A DNA stretch of 64,000 bases from a virus, in IMG/VR virus record IMGVR_UViG_3300034159_000059; one strand, written 5' to 3'. Position 1 is the stretch's first letter. Each line of letters opens with the position of its first letter. Shown here in pieces: positions 44,658 through 56,000 of this stretch. A program made the position numbers and the translations under genes. The notes beneath the pieces are model-generated. The model ran no database searches. It saw only the letters and a list, made by a program, of their open reading frames with translations, and was not told the origin of the DNA.

Positions 44658-45553
44658 GAGAAACCCCCGTCATCCTTTGGGTGGTACCCCTTCTTGTCGA
44701 CCTCGATGTACTTCTTTCCACGAACCTTCGCCTCGGCGTGGGTTGCTGCGTACCTCGGAGCGTCTTGGCTGGAAGGATGGCCTACCCACACGTCTTTCAC
44801 TGGCCCCTTCCCTTTGAAACCGCCCTGGCTCTTGTAGAACTTCTCCACTTCTTTCACGCGCTGCCGGGCCTGCATGTGAGGATGCTGAGACAGCTTCTTC
44901 CCTACCCCAGCCGCTGTAGCGAGCGCCAGTCCTCCGGCGACAATCTTCTTCCTGTGCTTGTGCCAGAGGGAGTCACTGGGACGCTCCCAGTCGTCGTTCT
45001 TTGCCGAGGTCTTCTCAACCGACTTGGTTTCGTAGATAGGTCTCTGGCGTTTCAGCTCGTCGGCTTTCTGCCAGACCTTCTGCTTCGTCGCCTTGGGCTG
45101 CTTCAAGACTTCGGCGGCGTCGTTGAACTTGTGATGACGCGCCGCTTCTTGAAGAGTCGAGGAGTCTCTCCCAACTCGGCGCATCATGTGGCCGCCCGAA
45201 GCTCCTACGAGCGCGCCGAACAACGCTCCCCGCTTGGCGCCCTTCTTCCGCTCATCAGGCTTGGCGGCCATGGCGCCTCCCACCGCTCCTGGGATGGCGC
45301 CTACGACCGCATGCGCCGACGTCGGCCCCACCCAGGCTGGGATCTTCGGCATCTTCACAGCGGACAGTTTCTTGAAGAACGTCCGTGTCTCCGCCCTGGC
45401 TTGCTTCTCGAACTGGATCTTCCCGAGCTCATCGAAGAAGCCATTCCACATGGCTTGCTTCTCCATCGTAGAGAGGTCTCTGGAATGGAAGGTTCCTCGG
45501 GCGATCGAGGCTTCCTTTGACTTCACCATCGCAAGGTAGGTTCGGGAGTTCAT
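44654..45553 (-). CDS. Gly/Ala/Lys-rich hypothetical virion protein with an NGFFDELGKIQ motif
   Basis: 299-aa ORF. Confidence 0.5.
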   Translation of the reverse strand: MNSRTYLAMVKSKEASIARGTFHSRDLSTMEKQAMWNGFFDELGKIQFEKQARAETRTFFKKLSAVKMPKIPAWVGPTSAHAVVGAIPGAVGGAMAAKPDERKKGAKRGALFGALVGASGGHMMRRVGRDSSTLQEAARHHKFNDAAEVLKQPKATKQKVWQKADELKRQRPIYETKSVEKTSAKNDDWERPSDSLWHKHRKKIVAGGLALATAAGVGKKLSQHPHMQARQRVKEVEKFYKSQGGFKGKGPVKDVWVGHPSSQDAPRYAATHAEAKVRGKKYIEVDKKGYHPKDDGGFS

Positions 45554-45556
45554 AGA

Positions 45557-46420
45557 TCAGTTCTTGAGCCCGTCCTTCTCCTGCTCATCCTGCATGCCTC
45601 CGGAGAAGTTGCCGAGCGGAGCGAGAGTGTTGATGTCCGGTGGTGGCTTCTGCGGGTGTTCCATCCGGAAACGCTCGAAGTTCTTGAGCACGTCCTTGAG
45701 GGCCATGTCGCTGGTGGAGAGAGCCTCGTGACACTCGACGACGGCCTTCGCAAGCACGGCGATGGCCTTCACCTTGTCAGCGCCGGTACCAGGCTTGAGG
45801 TTCACTTCTTCTAGGGTGTAGTGAGCGATCTCCTGTGCGCGTTGGATCATCACCTTAGACTCAACAGCTTGCGCGATGCGAAGGTGGTAGAGAGCAAGGC
45901 GGGCATCGCCTTGCAGAAGAGACATGTAACGCTCATAGAGCGCGGCTCGCCCGAAGAGGAAGCGTCCCCAGTCGTCGAAGGTGAGTAGCTGGGGATTCCA
46001 AAAGTAGTGGCGGAAGGTCTTCACGCCCTCTTCGGAAAGGAACCAGGTGTACTGCTTGTTGATGCGCTGGCAGGTCACCTTGATGTCGAGGCGGGAGAGG
46101 ATCATCTGCTCTACCACCAGCCGTTGGTCAGGCATGGAGAGGATGTTCCACGCCTCCTGCATCTCAGGAGAGTTGCGGAAGATCTCGTAGATACCGAGGT
46201 TCCGCAAGTAACGCATCGACGGTCGATGCGTGGTGTCGAGGGGATCGAAGTCCTCTGGCGCCGGCGGAAGGCTCGCCTTCAAGAAGACGAAGTAGTTCTT
46301 CTCGTAGCTTGGAGGAAGAAGGCAGCCCCAGTCCTGGAGATGCTTCTCGATGGCCGCCTGATCCCAGTCAGGGTGCCGGATGATGAGGAACTTGATGAAG
46401 TACTCAGCAGGATGTCTCAC
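45557..46420 (-). CDS. Hypothetical protein
   Basis: 287-aa ORF. Confidence 0.5.
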   Translation of the reverse strand: MRHPAEYFIKFLIIRHPDWDQAAIEKHLQDWGCLLPPSYEKNYFVFLKASLPPAPEDFDPLDTTHRPSMRYLRNLGIYEIFRNSPEMQEAWNILSMPDQRLVVEQMILSRLDIKVTCQRINKQYTWFLSEEGVKTFRHYFWNPQLLTFDDWGRFLFGRAALYERYMSLLQGDARLALYHLRIAQAVESKVMIQRAQEIAHYTLEEVNLKPGTGADKVKAIAVLAKAVVECHEALSTSDMALKDVLKNFERFRMEHPQKPPPDINTLAPLGNFSGGMQDEQEKDGLKN

Positions 46421-46422
46421 GA

Positions 46423-48930
46423 TCAGGCCTCAGCGTGCTGAACGGCGCGGAGGGATTGGATGACCTCTTCCATGTTCTTCATCGTCCTCTCCACTGCCTC
46501 TTCAGGCACCGCCCTCTCTCCGACGTATCCCGAGAGAAGCATCTCGGCGAGTTGCTCGCTTGTCTGCTCCAGGCTGGGAATGAAGTCGATGAAGGTCGAG
46601 AGGTTCTCGGGGTTGACGAAGTTCAGAGCGAGCACCTTGTCGACCGTTGATTCATCCTGAAGCGTCGCGGCCTCCTTGATGAGATCGCGACGAAGGTTCG
46701 GGATCAGCGAAGCGAAGGCGGATGCGGTCTTCTTCTTTTCTTCGTAGAGCTCCGCCAGTGTGGTGATGTCCTTCAGGTTGGAAAGCTTCACCACACCATT
46801 CCGACGAGCGACAGAGAGCTTCTCCTTGATGGAAGAGCCATCGACGCCGAGCAGACCGAGCATGAACTCCGCAGAGACGGGGTCGAGGTCGTAGCGGTAC
46901 TTGGCCGCGATCTTCGCCAGCCCACAGCCTCCTTCGAGGTTGAACGAGCCGTTCCAGAAGAGGTCGACGGAGTGGGCCGCTGCCCGAGCCGCACTCGTCT
47001 TGTTCATCTCCTCCGCACTTCCGAGGAGCTGAGTCTGGCCATTCAAGGCCATGAACTTCCAGGAGGCCGGTACGGCGAATTCGCCATCAGCGATCTGTTG
47101 AGGCTGCACGAGCTCTGGGGAGAGATGCACCGTGACCTGATTCCCCATGAAGTCGACGCAGGTGTACATTTCCCCGCCATCGGGACCTGTCATGCCTCCT
47201 CGCACTGTCACAGGAGCAGTCGCACGGGCACCATCTCTCGTGACTTCGTAGAAGACTCCCTCACCGCGAGGGGCGGAGACTGGGAGCGTCATGCTCTTGC
47301 CGACGAGTTCTCCGACAACGGCGTCCTGGACAGAGAAGGCTGAGCCGTTTGTGAAGAGAGCCACTGGCGTTTCAGAGAAGCTCCCATCCCAGGCCAGTGT
47401 GGTAGGGAAGACCCATCCCAGTATCTGGTTCCCCATCTTGTCCTGAACCAGATACTCCCCGAACTCTTGAATGGCGTCAGCATTCGGCTCCTCGGGAGAG
47501 AGAACCTCTTCCGGGATCGGATCGGCCACTGCGGAGAGCGTCTGACCAGGCTGCATCGCCTGCGCCTGATCGGGACCGATGGCCTCTGCCGCCTCTTCTT
47601 GAGGAACCACCTGCCCTTGTGCCTCCTGGCCTGGAGCGAAAGCGTTTACGTTGGCGCTCTTCACGAGGAAGTTGCCACCGGGAAGCTTCTGGAAGGTGAT
47701 GACCGTCGGATCGATGCTCTCCGCGATGGCGAGCAACCGCTCCTCTACTGAGGCCCTCTTCGTCTTGTCGAAAACTTCGACGAGGAGGTCGGTCACCCCT
47801 GCTCTCTGAAGCCCGGCGCGCAGCGTCGCATCAGAGGCCACCTTCTGCACGAAGGCTTCCGCATCCTTCTCGCGGATGGTCGGAGCGATGGCGCGAAGAA
47901 GGGAGACAGAGGCCTTCTTCTGCTGACCTCCGCCCAGCATCTTCGTCCCCTCCGACATCATCTTCTGGCCCTTATCGAACTGCTTCTGCTGCGTCTTCTG
48001 CTGCTTCTCGACGAGCTTTCTCTTGTACTCCTCGATCTTGCCAGGAGGCGGCGGCTCCGGCTTTGGGTGGTAGCCGTAGATCTTGGTGGCCATCTCGTAG
48101 ACCCGGTTCTGAACTGCCGGGTGATCGCGGCCACCGTACTCCTGCACCATCTTCTGGATGTCGAGAGAGTCGTAGATCGCGTTCCACTGCTCCTTGGAGA
48201 TGTGCTTGAAGGAGACCTTCTCCTTGGTCGTCTTCTGGAGCGTCGCGAAAAGCTGCTCTTCTGGAGACGCGCTCGACAAGACCATCTTCGCAGCCGCGAG
48301 CCCTTGGGGGCCCTTATTGACCATCTTGAAGCCGATCGCCTTGGCCCGCGCCACTCGCGAGGGGTCTTTCGATCCCAGGTTCTTGATCGCGGTCTTGGCA
48401 GCGTAGGCGAAAGGCATCGACTCCTTCTGCACCGATGCGGTCTTGTAGTCGCCACCCATGCCGATGCCGGAACGGTGCGGCGGCATGAGAGGCTCGACCA
48501 AGGACGGATCCTGGGGCGGCGAGACAGAGAGGTCGAAGGTGCTGGGGTTGAAGAGCTGCTCCCTCACCCGCTCTTCGTTGAGCGGAAGGACTCGCTCGCC
48601 GTCGAGGAAGGTGCTGAAGGGACGGACCGACCGCTCCTGCACCACAAGGGGGACCCGAATGTGAGGCAGCCCGGCCTCGTCATGCTCAGCGTCGGGGCGC
48701 TCCGTCTTGTTGTGGATGTCGGCGTACCCGAAGGCGTAGCCGCGTTCCGGGTCGACTCGATCCAAGTTGACGTTGACGTCGTAGTCGGAGAGGTAGGGAA
48801 GCTGCTTGTAGAGATCGCTCGTCAGCTCCTGTGGCCAGTTCTCCGGCTTCTCCGAGAGACGGCCGGCGTATGCAGACGTCTTCTGAAGCTGGTCCTGCTT
48901 TGGGAGGTTGTCCTTGTAGAGGGAGCGCAT
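46423..48930 (-). CDS. Large hypothetical virion protein (835 aa)
   Basis: Long ORF between the spike-like gene and smaller virion genes. Confidence 0.55.
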   Translation of the reverse strand: MRSLYKDNLPKQDQLQKTSAYAGRLSEKPENWPQELTSDLYKQLPYLSDYDVNVNLDRVDPERGYAFGYADIHNKTERPDAEHDEAGLPHIRVPLVVQERSVRPFSTFLDGERVLPLNEERVREQLFNPSTFDLSVSPPQDPSLVEPLMPPHRSGIGMGGDYKTASVQKESMPFAYAAKTAIKNLGSKDPSRVARAKAIGFKMVNKGPQGLAAAKMVLSSASPEEQLFATLQKTTKEKVSFKHISKEQWNAIYDSLDIQKMVQEYGGRDHPAVQNRVYEMATKIYGYHPKPEPPPPGKIEEYKRKLVEKQQKTQQKQFDKGQKMMSEGTKMLGGGQQKKASVSLLRAIAPTIREKDAEAFVQKVASDATLRAGLQRAGVTDLLVEVFDKTKRASVEERLLAIAESIDPTVITFQKLPGGNFLVKSANVNAFAPGQEAQGQVVPQEEAAEAIGPDQAQAMQPGQTLSAVADPIPEEVLSPEEPNADAIQEFGEYLVQDKMGNQILGWVFPTTLAWDGSFSETPVALFTNGSAFSVQDAVVGELVGKSMTLPVSAPRGEGVFYEVTRDGARATAPVTVRGGMTGPDGGEMYTCVDFMGNQVTVHLSPELVQPQQIADGEFAVPASWKFMALNGQTQLLGSAEEMNKTSAARAAAHSVDLFWNGSFNLEGGCGLAKIAAKYRYDLDPVSAEFMLGLLGVDGSSIKEKLSVARRNGVVKLSNLKDITTLAELYEEKKKTASAFASLIPNLRRDLIKEAATLQDESTVDKVLALNFVNPENLSTFIDFIPSLEQTSEQLAEMLLSGYVGERAVPEEAVERTMKNMEEVIQSLRAVQHAEA

Positions 48931-48939
48931 CTTCTTCTC

Positions 48940-50013
48940 CTACGATCCGAAGAGAGTCGTCGACACCGGAAGGTTGTTGGAAGGCGGAGCCGGGGGTCCG
49001 GTCGGTGATCCAGGCCCGATGACTGGGTGTACGTGCGTGAGCAACCAAGTAAGGAAGGCAGGATCCGCCAGAAGAACAGGGAACGTCCCCTCCCCTACCA
49101 CAAGCATAGGGCCAGCAGTCACCTGGCCTCCTGCGAGGAGGGAAAGGGTCGTTCCTGCTTTGACGCTCGCCGCTGCATCTGCCTGGACGTCAACTGTCCT
49201 TCCTTGAATGCTGGCTGCGAGAGAAGAGGAGACTGAAACATTCCCTTGAGCCGCGAGAGAGAAGTTCCCTCTCACGCTCCAGTCTACATTCCCTTCGCAA
49301 GACCAGGATACCGAGCCATCCTTCTGAAACTCCAAGCTGATCTTCGTCGCCGCCCCTGTCTTCCCCGAGGCGTTGATGACGAGAGACAGGATATTCTGGG
49401 AGCTGTCTGAGTGGGAACCGATTTCAAGAACTGCGACGTAGTCAGGGTCGTCTGCAAACTGCTTCGCGCGCAGTTTCAGCGTTGCTGGGCGAGCTCCGTC
49501 CGTCGTGTTCTCAGAGCGCTGAATGCTCCAATCCAAATCCCCACCCAACGTATTCAGAGTGTAGTTCTCGCAGAAGTCTCTGATGGCATTGTTGATTGGG
49601 ATGAACATCCTCTGAGAAAGAGGACCTCCTCCGATCTGCACGACCCCACCCCGGCGCAAGATGAGGAAGTTCTCATCTCTCGTCCCTAGGTAGATGTCTC
49701 CTGGATTGAGACCCATCTTCTTGGAGCGCAGAGAGTCGTTCTCGTCTCGGGCAGGAGCCCAAGCCAAGACGAACGGCTTGGAGCCGTCAGAGGGGAAGCA
49801 GATCCAACACAGACTCCCTACCTCCGGCATGAAGTAGATGCCTTCGCCGTTTGCGTGGTGCTGGTAGGGTGTCGCGAACCCAAGGCCGGACAGTGGTTTC
49901 TTGGTGAACTGCGTGACAGCGGAGACCGAGTAGGCCTCGACATCGACGTCGATGATCTGACCAGACTCGACGTAGGCCGGAACGGTTCGGATCTGAGAGG
50001 CGGCTATGGCCAT
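48940..50013 (-). CDS. Putative baseplate/central spike-like protein
   Basis: EVGSLCWICFPSDGSKPFVLAW (gpV-like OB-fold region) and a C-terminal HVHPVIGPGSPTGPP tip-like motif; its ATG immediately follows the RNAP stop (TAAATG). Confidence 0.4.
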   Translation of the reverse strand: MAIAASQIRTVPAYVESGQIIDVDVEAYSVSAVTQFTKKPLSGLGFATPYQHHANGEGIYFMPEVGSLCWICFPSDGSKPFVLAWAPARDENDSLRSKKMGLNPGDIYLGTRDENFLILRRGGVVQIGGGPLSQRMFIPINNAIRDFCENYTLNTLGGDLDWSIQRSENTTDGARPATLKLRAKQFADDPDYVAVLEIGSHSDSSQNILSLVINASGKTGAATKISLEFQKDGSVSWSCEGNVDWSVRGNFSLAAQGNVSVSSSLAASIQGRTVDVQADAAASVKAGTTLSLLAGGQVTAGPMLVVGEGTFPVLLADPAFLTWLLTHVHPVIGPGSPTGPPAPPSNNLPVSTTLFGS

Positions 50014-53000
50014 TTAGTAGGCGAACGGCTTCTTGCGAGTGACTTCCTTCGGAGGAGCCCCGAACTCCTTGCCGTAGGCGATTCCAGGAATGGGGTGAGC
50101 GCCGTGGATGTCGCTCTTCCACGCCTGACTGGCCCCTCGCTGAAGGGTCTGCTTGAGGCGCTGGTAGTTGAGGCGAGCCATCCAGTCGGTAGACTGGTTG
50201 GGGATGTTTCCAGAGCCAGGAAGCATGGGCTCGTGTGTGATTGGCTGCTCGTGCGTCTTGCCTTTGTTGTTGCGGTTGAACTCCTCCACCAAGGAGTGCG
50301 GAACTACGTCTCCTGGATCCCACTGAGAGCTGCCAGGGTCCTTGATCCGAGTGTAGTTGGTGAGGCTTCGAACCACGAGCTCGATGTTACGTGGCCGGAC
50401 GTTTTCGTCCTTGTAGAGCTTCCTGTAGAGCTCGTCGACCAGGTGGCGCTGCACCCCATGCATGTCCTTGGTGATGTGGAGGAGCTCCTTCGGGTGAATC
50501 GGAGCCATCTCATGAGACAAGCTCTCGCCTCGACGCACCTCCGCTCCAACCACAAGAGCAGGGTTGATTTCTCCTTCTCGAATGTGGTGGTCGATCCCGT
50601 TGATGGTAACGACGTGGCCACCAAGACCGGGGTCTGGCTTGATGCCTGTGACGGTTCCTGTGGTCTTGGCAAGAATGGCTGACCCCTTCAAGATCTTCGG
50701 CATCTTGAGTAGGTCCTTCAGTCGTTGAATCCTGGAGACGGAACCACCTCCACGGCCCGACGCGATACCTCCGGTGTGGAAGGCATCCATGGCGAGCTGA
50801 GTCGCGGGCTCGCCCAAAGCTTGTCCAGCGAGGACGCCGATGTTGGTCCCCACCGGATGGAGCTTCCCATTCTCATTGAGGCCGAAACACTTAGAGCAGA
50901 CACCTTCTCCGTGCTGGCACTTGAGAGGGGAGCGGACTTGGATCTTGGCGTCCTTCCCAAGAACCTGACGCAGGCGATCTACGAGAGCAGGAGTGACCTG
51001 TTCCCCCGCCTTGAAAGGCCCGTGGTCCTTGGCCAAGAACCGATCGTAGACGTCGAGATGGTAGGGATCCTTGGGGTCGAGAGGCATCAGGATGCCGTGC
51101 TGCGTTCCACAGTCCTCGCTCGTGATGAGCGTCGAGATTGTGGAGTTGATGATGTCCTTCGTCATCGCGCCAGGCTCTCTCGTACCGCTGGCGCGCTGGA
51201 GAGTTCCCTTGCGGGCGCCGTGCTGGGCGAGCCAGTAGTCTCCGACGTCGAGCCCCTCTCCGTAGGACCTGGTGATGGGGAAGGGAACCACGCGGCCCGT
51301 AGAATCCTGCACAAGCATCGGGGCTGCGATCATCTGTCGAAGCTGCTCTGGTTTTCCACGCGCACCGGAGTAGACCATGGCGCCGAGGTGGCTACCTTCT
51401 TTTGGCAGCCGCACTCTCGCTGCGGCGTCGAGCTTCTCCGTTGCCTTGGAGAAGATCTCCACCAGCTTCGCCTCCCTCTCCCATGAATGAAGAGACGGGT
51501 CGATCTTTGCTGCTTGATGCTGCGCCTCCGCTACGATCTGGTCGCGCTCAGGCAGAGGAGCAAAGTCCTTCAGACTGAGAGAGAACCCGTGCTTGAAGGA
51601 CTGCTCAGTACCCAGATCCTTCAGGTTGTTCACCACCTTGTCGAACTCTCCAGGATGCTTCTTGGCGAGCTCGGTGACAATGGAGCCCATTGGCTTCTTG
51701 GAGATCTCGAACTCGGGGTCGTAAAGCACTTGCCCCCGCATCGCGAAATCCCGAGGAAGGCGGGATTCGATCCGTAGACGGCCAAGCGTAGTAGGCCGGT
51801 TCCCGACTTGTTCGACTCGGACTACATCTGTGTGAGTCAGGAGTCCTTTGTCGACCAGGTCTGAGAGCTCATCGACGGTCTTCACGGTCTTGCCGGAATC
51901 CTTACCCCATTTGGAGATGAGGTGAAGGCCGAGCAGGAACTCCTGGGAAGGGATGTGCATCGCGCCGTAGGTCGTGGGAGAGAAGAGGTTCCGTGAAGGG
52001 AACATCTTCTTCGCCTCTTCCACCGCTTCTTGGGAAATAGGGACGGTGCCCGCCATCGTATCGCCGTCGAAGTCGGCGTTGAAGCCGCCACAGACCAGCG
52101 GGTGGATCTTGATGGCCTTGCCTTCCACCGTCTTGGGGCGGAACGCTTGAACCGAGAACTTGTGCAGAGCCGGATCTCTTTTGAGAAGAAGGGGTCGATC
52201 CTTCATCACCTCGTCGAGAGCCTTCTTGGCATGATCCGACTGTGCCTTCATCTCGGACATAGCTTGAGAAGGCGTGTATCCGTAGCGCGAGTGCATATGC
52301 GCCACGACGAAGGGCTTGTAGAGCTCCATCGCGGCCACACGGGGAAGCCCGATCTCGTCGATGTGAAGGGAAGGTTCAGGGACGATGGTGGACCGAATTG
52401 ACAGGTCCTGCTTCCGCTTGACGAGCTTCTCTTGGAAGTACCCCTCCTTCGGCTGATCTCCACCGATGAGGTCCACAATACCCTTCAGCTCTCGGTTGTC
52501 GAAGCTCTCCTTGTCGTAGATGGGTGTGTAGTCTCCGACAGCCTGTAGAGCCTTCATGCTGTTCCAGAGCTCGCCGCGGAGCTCGTGGACCATCTCATGC
52601 CCATACTTCTCCGCAGGCATGACCTTCATCTTCTCATTCACAAGACCCACGGTCTTGTAGAGGTCGTTGAGAGAGCTCTTCGCCACATCACCGCGTGCCG
52701 TGGGAGTCACTGGACGGAAAGCAGCCGGCAGGACCGGGATGTTTTGAAGCACGTAGGCCTCGTGCGGCTTCATGTCGAGGTCCTTCAGTGCCAGAAGGTA
52801 CTTGAGCGTGCGGTTGCTCTGGTCGCGCTTCGAGCCTCTCTTCGTAGGAAGCTCCTCCCGCAGCTTCTTGATCTCCTCTTCGACGTTGACGCTCTTCAGA
52901 GCGTCTGCGATGGCTCGACCCCCCACCTTCCCGTCGAGGGTGCTCTGCCCTGACATGATCTTGTCCACTTCCTGGACGGAGATGTCGCCATGCTTGAGGG

Positions 53001-56000
53001 AGAGAAGAGACGGGATGGGGCCCTTGTTCTGCTTGTCTCCGACAAAGAGCGGATTCGGCACCGGCTCATGGAGCTTGATGTAGCTCCACTTCTCGCCGCG
53101 GGACCCGACGATAGCAGGATCGAACAGACCGCCCTTCTCAGGCTTGAAACCCTTGGAGGTGAAGAGCAGAGGTTTGCGGATCTCGTTCTTACCGTTGTCA
53201 GCGATCTTCAGGACCTCGCGATCCGTCATAGGCACCAGCCGCATCGAGGTGCCTTCCTTGCGAACATCAACGCCGAGGCCGCGAAGCAGTCCTTCGAATT
53301 TGGTGTATGCGAAGGGGATCTTCGGAGGAGGCGGCTCTCGTCCTTCTTGAATCATCCGCCAGAAGTCGACGCCCTGCATGTCTGCTTTGTAGGTCGTCAT
53401 CTCCCGAAGGTTGTGACGCGCGTTGTGTCCGAGGAGAGAGTAGAGCTCAAGGGAGCCGAAACCCTGGCCACCAGAAGCCCCGCCCTTCACTGGCTGCATG
53501 TCCTGATCGTATTTGTACGGGCGATCGGAGAGGTCCGAACCTCCTCCGCGCACTACCAGCTTCTTCTCGACCTGGTGCTTCAGCTTGAGAAGGTGTTGAG
53601 GGCCGACGAGGATCTTGCCCAGAGGGCGTCGACGATCAGATGGGTCGAAGACTTCCTCTTCGTCAGACAAGCCATGCTTCGCAAGCTCGTCCACCACCTG
53701 CTTGCGATAGTCGTGTCCTGATCCAGCGAAGTTGTTCACGAAGAAGGGGGAGCCGGTCTTCTCTGCCACTTTACCGGCAGCAGTCTCCAAGACCTGCCCG
53801 ATGTTCATACGAGTAGGCACGCCTGATGGGTTCAGGAGCACATCAAGAGGACGGTCTGTCCCATCCGGCTTCTTCACGAAGGGCATCTCGTGGTCCGGAA
53901 GGATCTTGGTGATGATGCCCTTGTTGCCGTGGCGTCCGGAGAGCTTGTCGCCGATCTCAGCAGCTTCCTCGGTCTTCACGAAGACCTTCACGCTCTTGCC
54001 GTTCGGACTCTTCACAACTCGCGTGACGATGCCCGGGTAGTCACTGTCCCAGGTGAGAGACTTGTCCTTCCATGGCTTGATAGCCTTGTTGCCGAATCTC
54101 TCGACCATGATCTGACTCTTCACCTTGTTGGGAGTCAGACACGTAGCGAGAACCTGCCCGTTCGTTACCCTAGAGCCCTCCTTGATGACGCCATCGTCAT
54201 CCAACATGGAGAGCTTATCTTTCGAGTGGCTCGTCGCCTTGTGTGAGGCGTAGGACATCCACTTCTTCTTTGAAGTAACGTCCTCTTCCGGCGCCACATC
54301 CATCTTCAGCTTGTGCAAATGCTCGCTGGTGAGCTTCTGAGAAGCCGACTCAGAGATGACGATACCGTCTTCGAAGTTGTACCCTTTGTAGGGAATGTAG
54401 CCGACGTGGAGGTTCGTCCCTAGGGCCAGAGTGCCGTTTCGAGTGAAGTTCGAGTCGGCCACCACCTGCCCAGCCTTCACCTGGTCCCCGACCTTCACCA
54501 CCGGCTGGGAGTGCAGCATGGTAGTCGGATCATTCAGCGGGAAATGGTTGTAGAGCTGAACCTTGTGCTCAGTCTTGCCGTCGTGGACGTGGACCCCGTC
54601 CGCAGTGATCTTCGTCACCTTGCCATCCACAGGAGCTCTGTGGGCCGCGAAACTCGTGCCGATGAGCTTCTCGAAGGAGTGGGTTGGGTTGTCCGACCGC
54701 ACCAGGCTCTGCACGAGAGGGGCTTCACGGTTCTTCAGCGAGATGGCCTGTTCCATCTGCTTGTCGGCCATCGAAGCGCGGTTGCCTTGGTCGCAAGGAA
54801 GGAAGGGGATGAGGTTCGATGTGTAGCTGAACATCGCCTTCGCCGTTGGCATGAGGAAGTCTGCCTCATGGTAGGGGCGCCGACTGATGTCCCCACCAGG
54901 CAACTTCACCTTCACTTCTCTGGCGATGGGAACGTACTTGCCGTCGACCTTCTTCACCTGATCAGGCAGCACCACCATGGCCGTGTGGAACTCGGGAACA
55001 GTGACATCCTTGAGCTTCCCGGTCTTGAGATCCACGACGGTGGTGCTGAGGCTCCGACCCTCCTTGCGAACACCAGAACCGAGGTGGAGCGTGATGCCTG
55101 TACGCTCAGACTCTGGGGTATGCATCGGATCGAGGAAGGCGAAGTGAGAAGGGTTCACCCCCTGCATCTCCTCACCGACCTTCTCGGGGTCCTTGATACC
55201 ACCGTAGTCCTTGGCGATGACGGTAGTCTTGAAGTTCCCTGAGAGCATCTGTACTGGGTTCGTCTGCTCACTGCGTTCGGAGACGTTGCCGCCTTGGGTG
55301 AAGAATTCCTTGATGGGACGGTTGAAGAGATCTCCGCCCTGCATGATCTCGGAGATGACGTTCTTTCGTCCGATGGAGAGCAGGACCTTGTTCTTCACTC
55401 TCTTCTTGAAGTTGTTCTTGTCGAGCTTCTCTGGAATGAAGTCCTCGACGTGAACGACTTCCTTGAAGATCAGGCTGTCACGATCATCAGGCTCTACCTC
55501 GCGCCGCTCCAACTTGAGCAGCTTGTTCGATGCAGCGAGAAGAGCTCCTCCGGTCACCTTCTCGAACGGGTGCCCGAGTGTGGCTTTGGTGGTATCTGGG
55601 AAGAGCTGCGTATCGTCGAAGTAGCGGAAGATGTGCTCCCGCATCTCTTCCATGGACGGAGCTCGCCCGATGTCTGGCGGGGCGGTCTTCTCCCAGAACT
55701 TCCGAAGAGCTCGTTCCTCTGCCTCTGGCTGAGCGACCTTGTTGGCTTCGAAGACGGCTTTGCCCCAGGACTTCTCCATCTCGGCATCGTCTACTCCCAT
55801 CACCTTGAGAAGGGGGTATGCTGGGATCTTCGCATCCCCCGACTTGGTCTTGAAGTTGATGAGACTCTTCTTGCGATCGAGGAGTAGGTCGAAGTTCTTC
55901 GACCCGCCCTTGCGCAAGTTGAATTCAGAAACCAGGTCTCCGTTGCGCTTCACGCGCGTGTAGATGCCGGACTTGAGGCGAAGAAGGTGGTCGACTTGAT